Shown here piece after piece: positions 33,749-44,407 of a DNA stretch of 64,000 bases. Every line of letters begins with the position of its first letter. Within the stretch, counting starts at the first letter, position 1. The stretch comes from a virus. Taxonomy: Duplodnaviria > Caudoviricetes. A program made the translations under genes and the position numbers. The DNA is taken from the IMG/VR virus record IMGVR_UViG_3300032307_000764, positions 1 through 64,000 of that record; one strand, 5' to 3'. Under the pieces are notes generated by a model. It did no database searches and was not told the DNA's origin. It saw only the letters and a list, made by a program, of their open reading frames with translations.

Positions 33749-33777
33749 ATTATATATAGATAAAAGGAAAATTATTC
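33749..33777 (-). promoter_or_regulatory. Class A motif variant GAAT-N19-TATAAT
   Basis: Upstream of the minus-strand gene starting at 33730. Confidence 0.5.
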
Positions 33778-33805
33778 ATGATATGAAAAATAATTATAAA
33801 AAAGT

Positions 33806-33834
33806 GAAACTCTTCTGCAACCAGGGACTACAAT
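33806..33834 (+). promoter_or_regulatory. Class A motif GAAA-N19-TACAAT
   Basis: At the head of the 16-kb glycan island. Confidence 0.6.
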
Positions 33835-33883
33835 TTTTACGAAGTAAATCCCGGGCTATGAATCATATATTATTAGAAGTCCT

Positions 33884-34504
33884 ATGAGCCCCCAATTTTT
33901 AGTTATAGCATATTACACAGAAAACACTTCTTACGAAGCACTCGCTGCAAATCTTAAAAAATCTTTACAGCACTTTGGAATAGCTCATCACATAGAAGGT
34001 ATTAAAGATCTGGGATCATGGGAGAAGAATACACACCACAAAGCATATTTTATTAAGAAGTGTCTAACCGATAGAAACCAAGATCTATTATGTGTAGATG
34101 TTGACGCAGTCTTTAAATCATATCCAGAACTTATTCCAACCCTTGATTGTGACATAGCATACAGGACAGAGAATTTTAGATGGAGAAAGGACGAAGCATT
34201 ATCTGGAACAATATTCCTAAGAAATAATGATAAGGTTAAAAGACTAGTAGACAGATGGATAGAGCTTAATGAATCAACTCCAGCTGAAAGAATGAAACCT
34301 GAAACATGGGAGCAAAAAAATATGCAAAGAGCTCAAAGAGAGTTCAGCGATATTGTATATTACAATCTGCCACCAGAGTACACCTATATCTTCGATCATA
34401 CTAGAACAATGTTTCCTGGTATCCAACCAGTGATAGAGCATTATCAAGAGAGTAGAAATGTACATAGACCTACGAATCAAAATAGGAATTTCAGAGTAAG
34501 ATAA
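33884..34504 (+). CDS. Nucleotide-diphospho-sugar transferase (GT77/GT34-like, GT-A fold)
   Basis: W..N...KAYFI...LLCVDVDAVF (DxD)...SGTIFL...EQ. Confidence 0.65.
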   Translation: MSPQFLVIAYYTENTSYEALAANLKKSLQHFGIAHHIEGIKDLGSWEKNTHHKAYFIKKCLTDRNQDLLCVDVDAVFKSYPELIPTLDCDIAYRTENFRWRKDEALSGTIFLRNNDKVKRLVDRWIELNESTPAERMKPETWEQKNMQRAQREFSDIVYYNLPPEYTYIFDHTRTMFPGIQPVIEHYQESRNVHRPTNQNRNFRVR

Positions 34505-34506
34505 TT

Positions 34507-35241
34507 ATGGAATTAAAATATGCAGTAGTTAGCTCTGACTCTAATCCTGAGTATCTAGATTTTTGGCCATACGTAGCAAGAGCTTGGAAAAGGATTGGAA
34601 TAGAACCAGTCCTTCTTTATATAGATAAGGAATCGCCTAATCCTAGCGTGTATGATCACGGAAGGGTTATTTATCTAGAATCTATACCTGAATGGAGTAT
34701 AGCACAACAAGCACAATGTATAAGATTTTGGGCAGCTAAGATATTAGATGCTCCTTTTATAATATCTGATATGGATATGTTACCTATATCTAAGGATTAT
34801 TATAAACGGGGAGTCTCCGAGATTGGTGGTCAGGGTTTGGTTTCTTATAGCTCTGATATTATTAAATATCGATGGTATAGAACTAATCCCCAATATCCTA
34901 TGTGTTATTTAGCAGGTGATCCTTCTAGCTTCATTGGGATCTTAGAGATGAATGAAAGTACACATCAGGAATTTTTACGTAGATTGATAAGAATGAACAT
35001 AAGATCCGGTACAGATCAGAAATTCTTCTATAATCAATCATTAAAAAATCGGCAGTTTAGTATCAAGCATTTAGAGCGTGGATGGATAGAAGAAAAATAT
35101 GCTACATGTAGATTAGATAAGGTTATCTGGCCAAATTCGGGGTATAATGTAGATGAATATATAGACTGTCATTTACCTCGTCCGCTTTCTGCTAATGTTG
35201 GTATATGTAAAGAATTATTCAATAAGCTTAAAATAGATTAA
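34507..35241 (+). CDS. Putative GT-A fold glycosyltransferase
   Basis: ISDMDMLP (DxD), YPMCY, GTDQ, DCH; located in a GT cluster. Confidence 0.45.
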   Translation: MELKYAVVSSDSNPEYLDFWPYVARAWKRIGIEPVLLYIDKESPNPSVYDHGRVIYLESIPEWSIAQQAQCIRFWAAKILDAPFIISDMDMLPISKDYYKRGVSEIGGQGLVSYSSDIIKYRWYRTNPQYPMCYLAGDPSSFIGILEMNESTHQEFLRRLIRMNIRSGTDQKFFYNQSLKNRQFSIKHLERGWIEEKYATCRLDKVIWPNSGYNVDEYIDCHLPRPLSANVGICKELFNKLKID

Positions 35242-36051
35242 ATGAAGTTATCAATAATACTTCCAACTGGTGGTAACGACCACTTAAGAAATCGTAACTT
35301 TAACGAATGTCTTTTAGCTATAAAGGGACAAAAATTTACTGATTATGAAGTAATAGTCGTTGAGCAATCCTTGGATGGGAATTTTTATAAATCTTCTAAT
35401 CCTACATTAAACTATAAACACATAGGAATCAAGGATCCACAGAATAGAGGATTTAATCTAAGCTGGTGTAGAAATGTAGGAGCAAGAGAAGCTCAAGGAG
35501 AGATAATAGTTCTAATGGATTCCGATTTTGTTTTTGAATCGGATTATTTTACAGTGATAAGTGAATTTAAAGGAGAATTTGCTGCAGGTGCTGAGACGTA
35601 CTATTGGTGTAATACCGAAGAGCCAACGTCAGAATGGCTAAGAACTAAAGACTTTAATTTATTCAGAAGAAGAGGAGCAGGTCCTAGAGATGCTGTTTTT
35701 CAATTTAGATCTATGTCTAGAGGATGTGGATACGGGGCAATACTTGTTTACAATAGAGAGTGGTTTTGGGAATCGATGGGAGGATATAATGAGAACTTCT
35801 TTAGATACGGATGGGAAGATAAAGCAACGACAGAGATGATTAAATCACTTCTAGGTAGAGATGATGAGAGTATGCTTAGAATACCATACGAAGCTGCTCA
35901 TTTAAGTCATATGTCGAAAGACGTAAGAAATCTAAACACCAACGAGGCTCTTTTTTATAAATTTACTAGAATGAATCAGTCGGATCTTTCAAAAATGATA
36001 AAGGAATCATCTGTTGGTAAAAAATCAGCACCTACATTAATTAATATTTGA
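35242..36051 (+). CDS. Glycosyltransferase GT2/GT7-like
   Basis: FNLSWCRNVGA...LMDSDFV...GGYNENF..YGWED. Confidence 0.8.
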   Translation: MKLSIILPTGGNDHLRNRNFNECLLAIKGQKFTDYEVIVVEQSLDGNFYKSSNPTLNYKHIGIKDPQNRGFNLSWCRNVGAREAQGEIIVLMDSDFVFESDYFTVISEFKGEFAAGAETYYWCNTEEPTSEWLRTKDFNLFRRRGAGPRDAVFQFRSMSRGCGYGAILVYNREWFWESMGGYNENFFRYGWEDKATTEMIKSLLGRDDESMLRIPYEAAHLSHMSKDVRNLNTNEALFYKFTRMNQSDLSKMIKESSVGKKSAPTLINI

Positions 36052-36052
36052 T

Positions 36053-37102
36053 ATGAATAAACCGATAAGAAATATATCAGAAAGTAGGGTAAGAAGAAGA
36101 ATAATTAATAGAGTTGCACCTCCTATAATACAGCAAAATATAACTCCACAGGAGCCAACTAACCCCCAGGAGCCAAAGATTAATAGGGAAATAAAAAATG
36201 AGATAGTTATGATGAATAAGCATCAGATAATAGAAGCATATGAAAGGAATAAGATAGATTATAACGATCTTAAAAATTTCTGCGAATTTAACATGTGCAA
36301 TACCGATGATGTTGACGTTTCTGTTATAATTCCAGTAAAAGGGAGAGAAAATTTTAATAAACCATTAGTAGATCATCTTATATCTGCTATGAATTTTTTC
36401 AAAGATAAAACATATTCCATAACATTCGTAGAGCATAGTGAAACTCCCATTCATAAGGAATTATGTAATGGTGTTTCTAATCATATATGGATTAAGAAGA
36501 TTGATAGAGGATTATTTAATAAATGTCTATCTATGAACGTTGGTGCTTTATTTTCTAATAAGGCAAAATATTATCTCTTCCATGATATAGATCTTTTGGT
36601 TGATCGACAATTCTTTTATAACATTTTTCAAAACATATCTAGAATACCTATCGGCTCTGCTTTACAATCTTTTGGAGGAAGAAGAGTTGTTGTAATGAAT
36701 AACGAACTAACTGATAGAATATTGAGAAACAGGACTAGAATTGAAGAGGTAATTCCAGGAAGCTATGAATCTCCTCACTGTACACCGGGAGCTCCAGGAG
36801 GATCGATATTTATTAGTTCGGATAGCTTTTATAGAGTAGGCGGATTTGATGCTGAATTTTTTCACAGCTATTCATGCGAGGATGCCTTCTTTTATCATAA
36901 ACTCGAGATGACAGTTGGTATACAAGGATCTGATAGTCCATTAATTGATGTCTTCCATATGGATCATCCAAGAACTAACGGAGCAGATAATCCTGATCGA
37001 CATATGCAAAATCTAATATATGCAGGATTTTTAAGTATGTCTCCTGAGGATAAAACTAATTTTATAACCCACATTTCAAATAATATAAATAGCCTAAAAT
37101 GA
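36053..37102 (+). CDS. Glycosyltransferase GT2/GT7-like
   Basis: SVIIPVKGR...FNK...NVGA...FHDIDL...GGFDAEF...YSCED...HMDH. Confidence 0.8.
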   Translation: MNKPIRNISESRVRRRIINRVAPPIIQQNITPQEPTNPQEPKINREIKNEIVMMNKHQIIEAYERNKIDYNDLKNFCEFNMCNTDDVDVSVIIPVKGRENFNKPLVDHLISAMNFFKDKTYSITFVEHSETPIHKELCNGVSNHIWIKKIDRGLFNKCLSMNVGALFSNKAKYYLFHDIDLLVDRQFFYNIFQNISRIPIGSALQSFGGRRVVVMNNELTDRILRNRTRIEEVIPGSYESPHCTPGAPGGSIFISSDSFYRVGGFDAEFFHSYSCEDAFFYHKLEMTVGIQGSDSPLIDVFHMDHPRTNGADNPDRHMQNLIYAGFLSMSPEDKTNFITHISNNINSLK

Positions 37103-37767
37103 GAAAAGCATTTGAATATTTTGACAAGGTTTTTTTAATAAATCTTGATAAGAGAAAGGATAGATTGGACAGATGTAATGACATCTTTGAAAAAAACAAC
37201 GTTAAAGATCTCGTAGAAAGATTTCCAGGTATAGTCCCAGATCCTTCTGATGATATACCATATACTAAGGATACTGAAAAAATAAAAGTTCCTTTGTACG
37301 GATGTTTATTATCCCACGTAAATATTATAAAAAAAGCAAAGGCCGAAGGGTTAAAATCAATACTTGTATTTGAAGATGATGTTGATTTTATCAATATTGA
37401 TTCAATAGAAAAATCAGTAGATCAGTTAAAAAATAGAGATTGGAGTCTTTTTTATCTAGGAGCTAATACGCACGTTCCGATCGAAAAAGTAGACGAAAAC
37501 CTTTTAATATTAAAGAAAGGATATGCAACACATGCTGTAGCATACCACGAGAGCTTCTATGATTATTTTATAGATAGTTTTGAGCAGAAAAAAATACACA
37601 TTATAGATGTATGGCTTTCTGATTTCGGACAGGAAAATTTTAAAAGCTATTGTACTTTCCCTATAACTGCAGTTCAAGTTAGCAACCACAGCGATATACA
37701 TGACGCATTTGCTGATTATAGTTGGATGGAGGGTAAATTTAAAGAAAACACTAAACACCTGGGATAA
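37099..37767 (+). CDS. Glycosyltransferase family 25
   Basis: FLINLDKRKDR...GCLLSH...LVFEDD...W.LFYLG. Confidence 0.82.
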   Translation: MRKAFEYFDKVFLINLDKRKDRLDRCNDIFEKNNVKDLVERFPGIVPDPSDDIPYTKDTEKIKVPLYGCLLSHVNIIKKAKAEGLKSILVFEDDVDFINIDSIEKSVDQLKNRDWSLFYLGANTHVPIEKVDENLLILKKGYATHAVAYHESFYDYFIDSFEQKKIHIIDVWLSDFGQENFKSYCTFPITAVQVSNHSDIHDAFADYSWMEGKFKENTKHLG

Positions 37768-38480
37768 TGGAACTGAAAAGAATATTAATAACTGGAGCTA
37801 CAAGCGGGATAGGAGAAGCTACATTTAAACATGCAGTAAGAAACGGTCACACTGTTTTTATTACAGGTAGAAATGAAGAAATTCTAAAAAAACTAGCAGA
37901 AGAAAATCCGGGAACGTTTTATTTAAAAACTGATGTGACAAATGTAGATGACGTTCAAAAATTATCTATTGAAGTCACAGACAAAATGGGTGGTATAGAC
38001 GTTTTGTTAAATAATGCAGGAATAGGTATATTCGATAAATTAATTGATTCGGATTTAAGTGACTGGCATAAAATGGTAGATGTAAATATCAAAGGAGTAT
38101 TAAACATGCTTCATTATTTTTTACCTATGCTAATAAAATCAAACGGACAGGTAATAAATTTGGGCTCCGTAGCTTCACATCATGTTTTTCCTGAATCTGG
38201 TGTATATTGCGCTACTAAACACGCATTGCTTGCAATTAGCGAAAGCTTAAGAGCTGAGCTTTCCAAAAAAATAAGGATTACCACTATTAGTCCTGGATCA
38301 GTCAATACACCTTTTATAGACCAAACAAAAAATCCAGAGCTTCTTTCTAAATTTAAACCCTCATTTGAGAGCGGTATGTCAGTAGAATGGGTTGCATCTC
38401 AGATAATGAGCACTATAGAGGTTGAGGACGGAATGAACATAAGTGAAATAATTATTAGGCCTTTTCAAATTAAGAATTAA
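37767..38480 (+). CDS. Short-chain dehydrogenase/reductase (SDR)
   Basis: TGATSGIG, NNAG, YCATK (YxxxK). Confidence 0.9.
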   Translation: MELKRILITGATSGIGEATFKHAVRNGHTVFITGRNEEILKKLAEENPGTFYLKTDVTNVDDVQKLSIEVTDKMGGIDVLLNNAGIGIFDKLIDSDLSDWHKMVDVNIKGVLNMLHYFLPMLIKSNGQVINLGSVASHHVFPESGVYCATKHALLAISESLRAELSKKIRITTISPGSVNTPFIDQTKNPELLSKFKPSFESGMSVEWVASQIMSTIEVEDGMNISEIIIRPFQIKN

Positions 38481-38482
38481 AA

Positions 38483-38893
38483 ATGGAGAGAATATATTCA
38501 AAAGTAGAAGAAGGAAAGCTATTGCATATAATTAATAGGCTATCTGAAATAGAAAAAAGAACAGAGGTTGTTCCTGAGGATAATTTTATACAATGTGCTA
38601 CTTTAAAAATGGAGAACGGTAAGACATTTCCTCCACATAAACATATTACCAAGGAAAGATCGTATAAGGCTCAAATTGCTCAGGAATCATGGGTGGTAAT
38701 AAAAGGAAGTGTTAAATGTAAGTTCTATGATATAGATGATACATTAATTGCAGAACCTATTTTATACCCAGGAGATGCTAGTTTTACACTTTACGGGGGT
38801 CATACCTATGAAATTTTAGAGGATGACACTATAGTTTATGAATATAAAACGGGTCCTTATGAGGGACAAAAATTAGATAAAGTATTTTTATAA
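38483..38893 (+). CDS. Cupin-fold protein (WbuC-like)
   Basis: FPPHKH...QESWVV.KG...GGHTYE...EYKTGPY. Confidence 0.7.
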   Translation: MERIYSKVEEGKLLHIINRLSEIEKRTEVVPEDNFIQCATLKMENGKTFPPHKHITKERSYKAQIAQESWVVIKGSVKCKFYDIDDTLIAEPILYPGDASFTLYGGHTYEILEDDTIVYEYKTGPYEGQKLDKVFL

Positions 38894-39687
38894 TGATAGG
38901 AGGAAACATACTTGGTGGACTTGGCAATATGATGTTTGTTATTGCTGCTGTAGAAAATTTGGCAAAAGCTAATAATAATATTGCTTACTTTCCTAATGTT
39001 AAATCACATTTAGCTAAGGTTCAGGATGATAGAACAAGAGTTTATCCTAATTCTGATGTATCTACGCAGGACTATTTAAAGATCTTCAGAAATTTTAAAT
39101 GGAACGACGTAGGTAATGCAACTGGAAAAATATTATGTACATTTAATTATAATCCTATTCCTTATAGAGATGGTGTGGTTTATCATGGATATTTTCAGAC
39201 TGAAAAATATTTTACAAATAGAGATCATATTTTAAATCTATTTGAACCATCTGATTTTGTATTACAGCAGATAGAAAAGTATAGGGATATATTAAATGGA
39301 AATACATGTGCTATACATGTTAGAAGGGGAGATTATTCTTTAGATCAAGAAAGCAAACATCACACTAAAAATATGGAATGGTATAATTCTGCTATGAACA
39401 TTGTTGATGCAGAAAAATACATAGTATTTAGTGATGATATCGAATATGCTAGACAGAATTTCTTAGGAGATAAATTCATTTTCGTCGAGGATAAGGATTA
39501 TATAGAGCTTTTTTTGATGTCTATGTGTAATCATAATATCATATCTAGTTCTAGTTTTTCTTGGTGGGGAGCTTGGCTAAATAAAAACGTAAACAAGAAA
39601 GTTATTGCACCTATGAGGTGGTTTGGAAAAATAGATCCTGGGTATCCAGATCGAGATATAGTTCCCGATAGCTGGATAAAATTATAA
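38893..39687 (+). CDS. GT11 alpha-1,2-fucosyltransferase-like protein
   Basis: GGLGNMMF, GYFQTEKYF, HVRRGDY, FSDD, SSFSWWGAWL. Confidence 0.88.
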   Translation: MIGGNILGGLGNMMFVIAAVENLAKANNNIAYFPNVKSHLAKVQDDRTRVYPNSDVSTQDYLKIFRNFKWNDVGNATGKILCTFNYNPIPYRDGVVYHGYFQTEKYFTNRDHILNLFEPSDFVLQQIEKYRDILNGNTCAIHVRRGDYSLDQESKHHTKNMEWYNSAMNIVDAEKYIVFSDDIEYARQNFLGDKFIFVEDKDYIELFLMSMCNHNIISSSSFSWWGAWLNKNVNKKVIAPMRWFGKIDPGYPDRDIVPDSWIKL

Positions 39688-39690
39688 GGA

Positions 39691-40635
39691 ATGAGATATA
39701 ACAACGTAACAATAAAAGGAACCTCATCATATCTACCAAGTAGAGTATTAACAAATGCTGAGATATCAAGTAAGGTTGATACTACTGATGAATGGATATT
39801 TAATAAGCTAGGTATAAAGGAGAGAAGAATATCTAACGATGATGAAACGGTATCTGAGATGGGATATCAAGCTGCATTATCAGTATTAGAAAAAACTGGT
39901 ATGGACAAAGAGGATCTTGATATGATAATTGTTGCTACGTCTAGTCCTGAAAAAATTTCACCCTCTACTGCATGTACAATTCATTATAAATTAGGTATAA
40001 AGAGAAATATACCAGCATTTGATATAAACGCAGTATGTTCTGGTTTTGTGTATGGAATAACCTTAGGAAGTTCTCTTATTAGTAGCAAAGCTTTTAAAAA
40101 TATACTAGTAATTGCTACTGAATCTTATTCTACACACACTGACTTTGAAGCTCAGCATAGTGTATTCTTTGGAGACGGGGCCGGTGCAGTTATTATAAGT
40201 GAATCCGAAGAGGGATGGATTTACAGCGAGATAAAATCTAATGGATCTGGAACTGGTATGACTGGATTTGTTATGCCATTAGATAAGCCTTTCATAATGA
40301 GGGGTAAAGAGGTTTGGGATCAAGCAATATCGGTATTACCAGATTCTATAAACGATGTTCTTAAAGGAACTAATCTAACCATAGAAGATATAAAAATGGT
40401 AGTTCCTCATCAGCCGAGTATTAATATACTTAAGATAATTGCAGAGAAAAACAATATACCTTTTAACAAGGTTAAAACTGTAATGGATAAGTATGCAAAT
40501 ATTGCTGGATCTTCAATACCTATTGCTCTAGACGAGGCAATAAATAACGGAGAGATTGAAAAGGGTGATAAGATACTATTAACTGCTATAGGATCTGGAT
40601 GGACTTGGGGATCTTTAATTGTAAATTATAAATGA
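39691..40635 (+). CDS. fabH: 3-oxoacyl-ACP synthase III (KAS III) family
   Basis: Catalytic triad NAVCSGF / VPHQPS / YANIAG; FGDGAGA; GSGWTWG. Confidence 0.9.
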   Translation: MRYNNVTIKGTSSYLPSRVLTNAEISSKVDTTDEWIFNKLGIKERRISNDDETVSEMGYQAALSVLEKTGMDKEDLDMIIVATSSPEKISPSTACTIHYKLGIKRNIPAFDINAVCSGFVYGITLGSSLISSKAFKNILVIATESYSTHTDFEAQHSVFFGDGAGAVIISESEEGWIYSEIKSNGSGTGMTGFVMPLDKPFIMRGKEVWDQAISVLPDSINDVLKGTNLTIEDIKMVVPHQPSINILKIIAEKNNIPFNKVKTVMDKYANIAGSSIPIALDEAINNGEIEKGDKILLTAIGSGWTWGSLIVNYK

Positions 40636-40636
40636 T

Positions 40637-41149
40637 ATGAAAAAAGGAGAAGACGTAAGAATAAGTGAATTAGCTGTTTTATCTAGACCTGAATTGATAG
40701 AAATGGGAGATCATATAGCTATTGATCAATGGACTTATATTTCTACTCAACTTAAAATGGGAAGCTATATCCATATAGCTCCAAGTGTTTCTATTATAGG
40801 CGGAGCTCCTGCTCTTTTAATTATGGGCGATTTTACGAATATAGGATCAGGTAGTAGAATAGTTTGTGCGACCGATGATTTTACACAGGGACTGATATCC
40901 CCTGTAGTTCCTATTGAACACCGAACTGTTATTAATAAGCCTGTGATTTTTGAAAAATATGCTACACTTGGAGTTAACTGTACAGTTTTACCCGGAGTTA
41001 CTTTAGGAGAGGGATGTATAGTAGGTGCTAACTCGTTAGTAACTAAAGACACTGAGCCTTGGACAATATACGCTGGAAGTCCTGCTCGTCCTATCAAGAA
41101 AAGAGAGAAAGAAAGAATAATAGAAAGCGCAAAAAAACTAGGATACTAA
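40637..41149 (+). CDS. Left-handed beta-helix (hexapeptide) acyltransferase
   Basis: Hexapeptide repeats; LGVNCTVLPGVTLGEGCIVGANSLVTKD..PWTIYAGSPA. Confidence 0.88.
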   Translation: MKKGEDVRISELAVLSRPELIEMGDHIAIDQWTYISTQLKMGSYIHIAPSVSIIGGAPALLIMGDFTNIGSGSRIVCATDDFTQGLISPVVPIEHRTVINKPVIFEKYATLGVNCTVLPGVTLGEGCIVGANSLVTKDTEPWTIYAGSPARPIKKREKERIIESAKKLGY

Positions 41150-41153
41150 AATT

Positions 41154-41801
41154 ATGATATACGTTATAGGAGATAGTCATTCTCAAATATTTAATACACA
41201 AGAAACTGAAGATTACTATGATATTTTTAGTAGATCATTTAAAACTAAATGGTTAACTGGAGCAACTGCATATAATATTAGTAAGCATGCACCGGAATTA
41301 ACCATATGGCTTTCCGATAATCAATTTGATAAAAATAAGGACTCGTTATTGTTCATTTTAGGTGAAATAGATGCGAGGGTTCATTTGGGGCCGCAATCTC
41401 ATAAACAAGGTATCACTTACGAGGAATCATGTAAGCTTTGCACTATCCGATATCACGATTTTTTAAAAAGCTTTAAAAACGAAGGATATAAGATTATCGT
41501 AATGGGAGCAACTCCTTCTGGACCGCATAACGATACAAACGGGGATGGATCATTAAGTTATAAAACACCTATAGAAAGAAATCAAATTACCGAGATTTTC
41601 AACAGACAAGTTAAGGATATTTGTATGATGGAGGGTTTTATTTATAGAGATATTAACGATAGAGTTATTAATGGCAAATTTCCTTATCAAACATATTTTG
41701 ACAGGGTAAGTGTACATTTAAACACTGGTATGTTTTTAATACCAAGTGAAGGCGAATCTTGTAATGCTATGCTTTACGAACTTTTTAAGGATTTAATATA
41801 A
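41154..41801 (+). CDS. SGNH/GDSL-like hydrolase or O-acyltransferase
   Basis: YVIGDSHS block I, LGEID, D.VSVH. Confidence 0.6.
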   Translation: MIYVIGDSHSQIFNTQETEDYYDIFSRSFKTKWLTGATAYNISKHAPELTIWLSDNQFDKNKDSLLFILGEIDARVHLGPQSHKQGITYEESCKLCTIRYHDFLKSFKNEGYKIIVMGATPSGPHNDTNGDGSLSYKTPIERNQITEIFNRQVKDICMMEGFIYRDINDRVINGKFPYQTYFDRVSVHLNTGMFLIPSEGESCNAMLYELFKDLI

Positions 41802-42637
41802 TGATTTATAAATTAGAATTCGTAAAAATAGCTCCTGAACACGGAGTTGCTGGTGTTGGATTTGCAGGTAATATCTTTATTGTAATGGGTGCTTTATCTC
41901 ATTTAAAAAATCCTGATGATGTGATGTATGTTGATATGGAAACTAATGAATGTATCTGCACAGAAAAGGATATCATATTACACGATACAATGAATTCTTG
42001 GGAGTATTATTTTGATCAGATAAAAATAAAAGAGGGTGACTCTATTATACATATGGACATTTTTCAAGGAAGAGGCGATTTAACATACCATGACCGTGAT
42101 GTATATTTAAACCCTGATAATTTTATTGAATTAAGGGATAAATTTTATAAGAATTTCCAGATTAAGGATTATATTAAAATCATAGTAAATGAATTTTATG
42201 ATAGTAACATCAGGGGAAAAAATACTTTAGGAATACAAGTTAGATTAACCGATTATACTCACGGGGTACATAATTTTCCAGGAGTAGAAAAATATGTAGA
42301 TAGGATTAAAGAAATATTAATAGATAACCCTGAAATAGAACAGATTTTTGTTGCTACTGATGACAGCAAGGTTATTCCTGTATTAGAAAAAAACTTTAAT
42401 ATCCCAATAATATTTTGGGATGGTATGTTTAGAGCGGATGATAAAAATTTACATCTTATATCTGATGATAGATTATACGGAGATAGAGAACTACATAGAT
42501 ATAAATTAGGGGTTGAATGTATGCAAGAGATATTCACACTAACTAAATGTGATCATTTATTAATGGCATGGACTTCTTCTATATCTATAGTTTCATCTAT
42601 ACTTTCAGAAAAAATCAAAAAAGTTTACAAGATATAA
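41801..42637 (+). CDS. NodZ/GT23-like (O-)fucosyltransferase
   Basis: GFAGN, LGIQVRLTD, IFVATDD, LTKCDHLL. Confidence 0.7.
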   Translation: MIYKLEFVKIAPEHGVAGVGFAGNIFIVMGALSHLKNPDDVMYVDMETNECICTEKDIILHDTMNSWEYYFDQIKIKEGDSIIHMDIFQGRGDLTYHDRDVYLNPDNFIELRDKFYKNFQIKDYIKIIVNEFYDSNIRGKNTLGIQVRLTDYTHGVHNFPGVEKYVDRIKEILIDNPEIEQIFVATDDSKVIPVLEKNFNIPIIFWDGMFRADDKNLHLISDDRLYGDRELHRYKLGVECMQEIFTLTKCDHLLMAWTSSISIVSSILSEKIKKVYKI

Positions 42638-42652
42638 TAAATAAAAATAAAA

Positions 42653-43561
42653 ATGGAAAAAATAAATTATTTCAAAAATAAGGAGGCTTTAGATATTCCT
42701 TGGATAGAATCTCCATTTTTCTATGAATTATTAAAAAATGATACAACTCTAACTGACGAACAGAAAGAAATGTGCATTCAGTATCACGAGAAGGGATATT
42801 TAATAATTGACTTAGAATTACAGGATGATGAAATAAATTCAATTGTTTCTGATATGTACGAAGCGATAAATGACGAAAATACTAAATATCACGCAGATCA
42901 TTTTACTTATACAGAGAGCAAAAGGATATTTGAACATTGGAGAAAAAGTAAACCTATAGCTAATCTTACCATGAATAAGAAAGTAATGGATACTCTAGCT
43001 TTTTTATATGCAAAGGAGCCTTTTCCTTTTTCAACTATCAATTTTATAAAAGGAAGTAATCAGCCTTTACATAGTGATATCATACATTTCCACACAGTAC
43101 CTGCTTTATGGATGGTTGGTGTTTGGGTAGCATTTGAAGATGTTGACGAGACTAACGGATCATTAAAAATTGTTCCTGGAAGCCACAGATGGGATTTATA
43201 TGAGTATCATAATTTAAAATTACCACATCCTGATGATATCGAAAACGGAGAAGCAGTTAATTACGAAAAATACGAGAACTTCTTAATAGATCTTATCGAA
43301 GCTAAAAAAGCTGAACCAATGATAGTTAAGCTTAAAAAAGGACAGGCTCTTATATGGGCAGCTAATATGCTTCATGGCGGGTGCAATGTAGAAGGTGTAA
43401 CCGATTTCAATAAAACAAGATTAACCCAGGCAAATCATTATTTTTTTAAGGGATGTGATAAACATTATCATCCTATGTTTTCTAGACCTTTAGAAGGAAA
43501 ATATGCTAACAAATGGTGTAACGATGAAAACAACATAAAGACTTATTTAGATAATGAGTGA
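42653..43561 (+). CDS. PhyH-family 2OG-Fe(II) dioxygenase
   Basis: QPLHSD (HxD), VWVAFED...NGSL..VPGSH, MLHGG. Confidence 0.85.
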   Translation: MEKINYFKNKEALDIPWIESPFFYELLKNDTTLTDEQKEMCIQYHEKGYLIIDLELQDDEINSIVSDMYEAINDENTKYHADHFTYTESKRIFEHWRKSKPIANLTMNKKVMDTLAFLYAKEPFPFSTINFIKGSNQPLHSDIIHFHTVPALWMVGVWVAFEDVDETNGSLKIVPGSHRWDLYEYHNLKLPHPDDIENGEAVNYEKYENFLIDLIEAKKAEPMIVKLKKGQALIWAANMLHGGCNVEGVTDFNKTRLTQANHYFFKGCDKHYHPMFSRPLEGKYANKWCNDENNIKTYLDNE

Positions 43562-44402
43562 TATACTTTTATATCTACCACCTGGATGGGTAAGGGGGGA
43601 TTTTGTGAATCTAGGAAAAATAGAATACGAGAAGGAAGTACAAATATACGTAGATCAAATGCCAATTGACCCTGTTGGACCGGGTATTTTTAGATTTGTT
43701 GCTATATTAGAGCCATTCGATTCACTAAAAAATAGTATGATTAATTATTTTAATAATCATAAGGATTGTTATAATTATATACTTACCTATCATCATGATA
43801 TATTGGATACGTTTCCAAATTCCTTTATTTCAGTAACGCCTGATTTATGGGTGAATGATTATATCGAAAAAGATAAAGAATTTAGTGTGTCCTCAGTTTT
43901 TGGTAATAAACATTTGTCTGAATATTTAGCGGGATTGGAAGGATATAATGTAAGATGGGAATTATTTACCAGAAGTGATGAGATAAAGATGGATAAGAGG
44001 TTTTATCTAAGTGGAAGTTCTCCTATTCCTGGTATTAATTACGAAGATCATTTAGTTCTTAGGGATCTTAAAACACCTATGTTTGATAGCCAGTTTCATA
44101 TTGCCATAGAAAACACCAATAGGATAAAGAATGCTTTTTCTGAGAAATTAATAGATTGTTTTTATACCAGGACTATACCAATATATTACGGACCTTCTAA
44201 CATTGGAGATTTTTTTAATATAGAGGGAATATTCATAGTTAATAGTGTCGATGATATTATTGATGTTTGTAATAGAATAAATGAAAATACATATGATTCA
44301 TTAGAATCTGTTATAGAAGAGAATTATAATAGATCTTTAAACTATAAGAATATGGAGGAGACAATGGTTATAAATGTTAAAAAAGTACTTGGAATAAAAT
44401 AA
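43554..44402 (+). CDS. GT10 alpha-1,3-fucosyltransferase-like protein
   Basis: QFHIAIEN...FSEKLIDCF...TIPIYYG alpha-1,3-FucT motif. Confidence 0.78.
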   Translation: MSDILLYLPPGWVRGDFVNLGKIEYEKEVQIYVDQMPIDPVGPGIFRFVAILEPFDSLKNSMINYFNNHKDCYNYILTYHHDILDTFPNSFISVTPDLWVNDYIEKDKEFSVSSVFGNKHLSEYLAGLEGYNVRWELFTRSDEIKMDKRFYLSGSSPIPGINYEDHLVLRDLKTPMFDSQFHIAIENTNRIKNAFSEKLIDCFYTRTIPIYYGPSNIGDFFNIEGIFIVNSVDDIIDVCNRINENTYDSLESVIEENYNRSLNYKNMEETMVINVKKVLGIK

Positions 44403-44407
44403 AAAAT

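Noticed and set aside
33783-33887. 34-aa ORF MKNNYKKVKLFCNQG... ending on the next ATG
   Set aside because: It is short and completely overlaps the class A promoter motif of the glycan island; no supporting evidence
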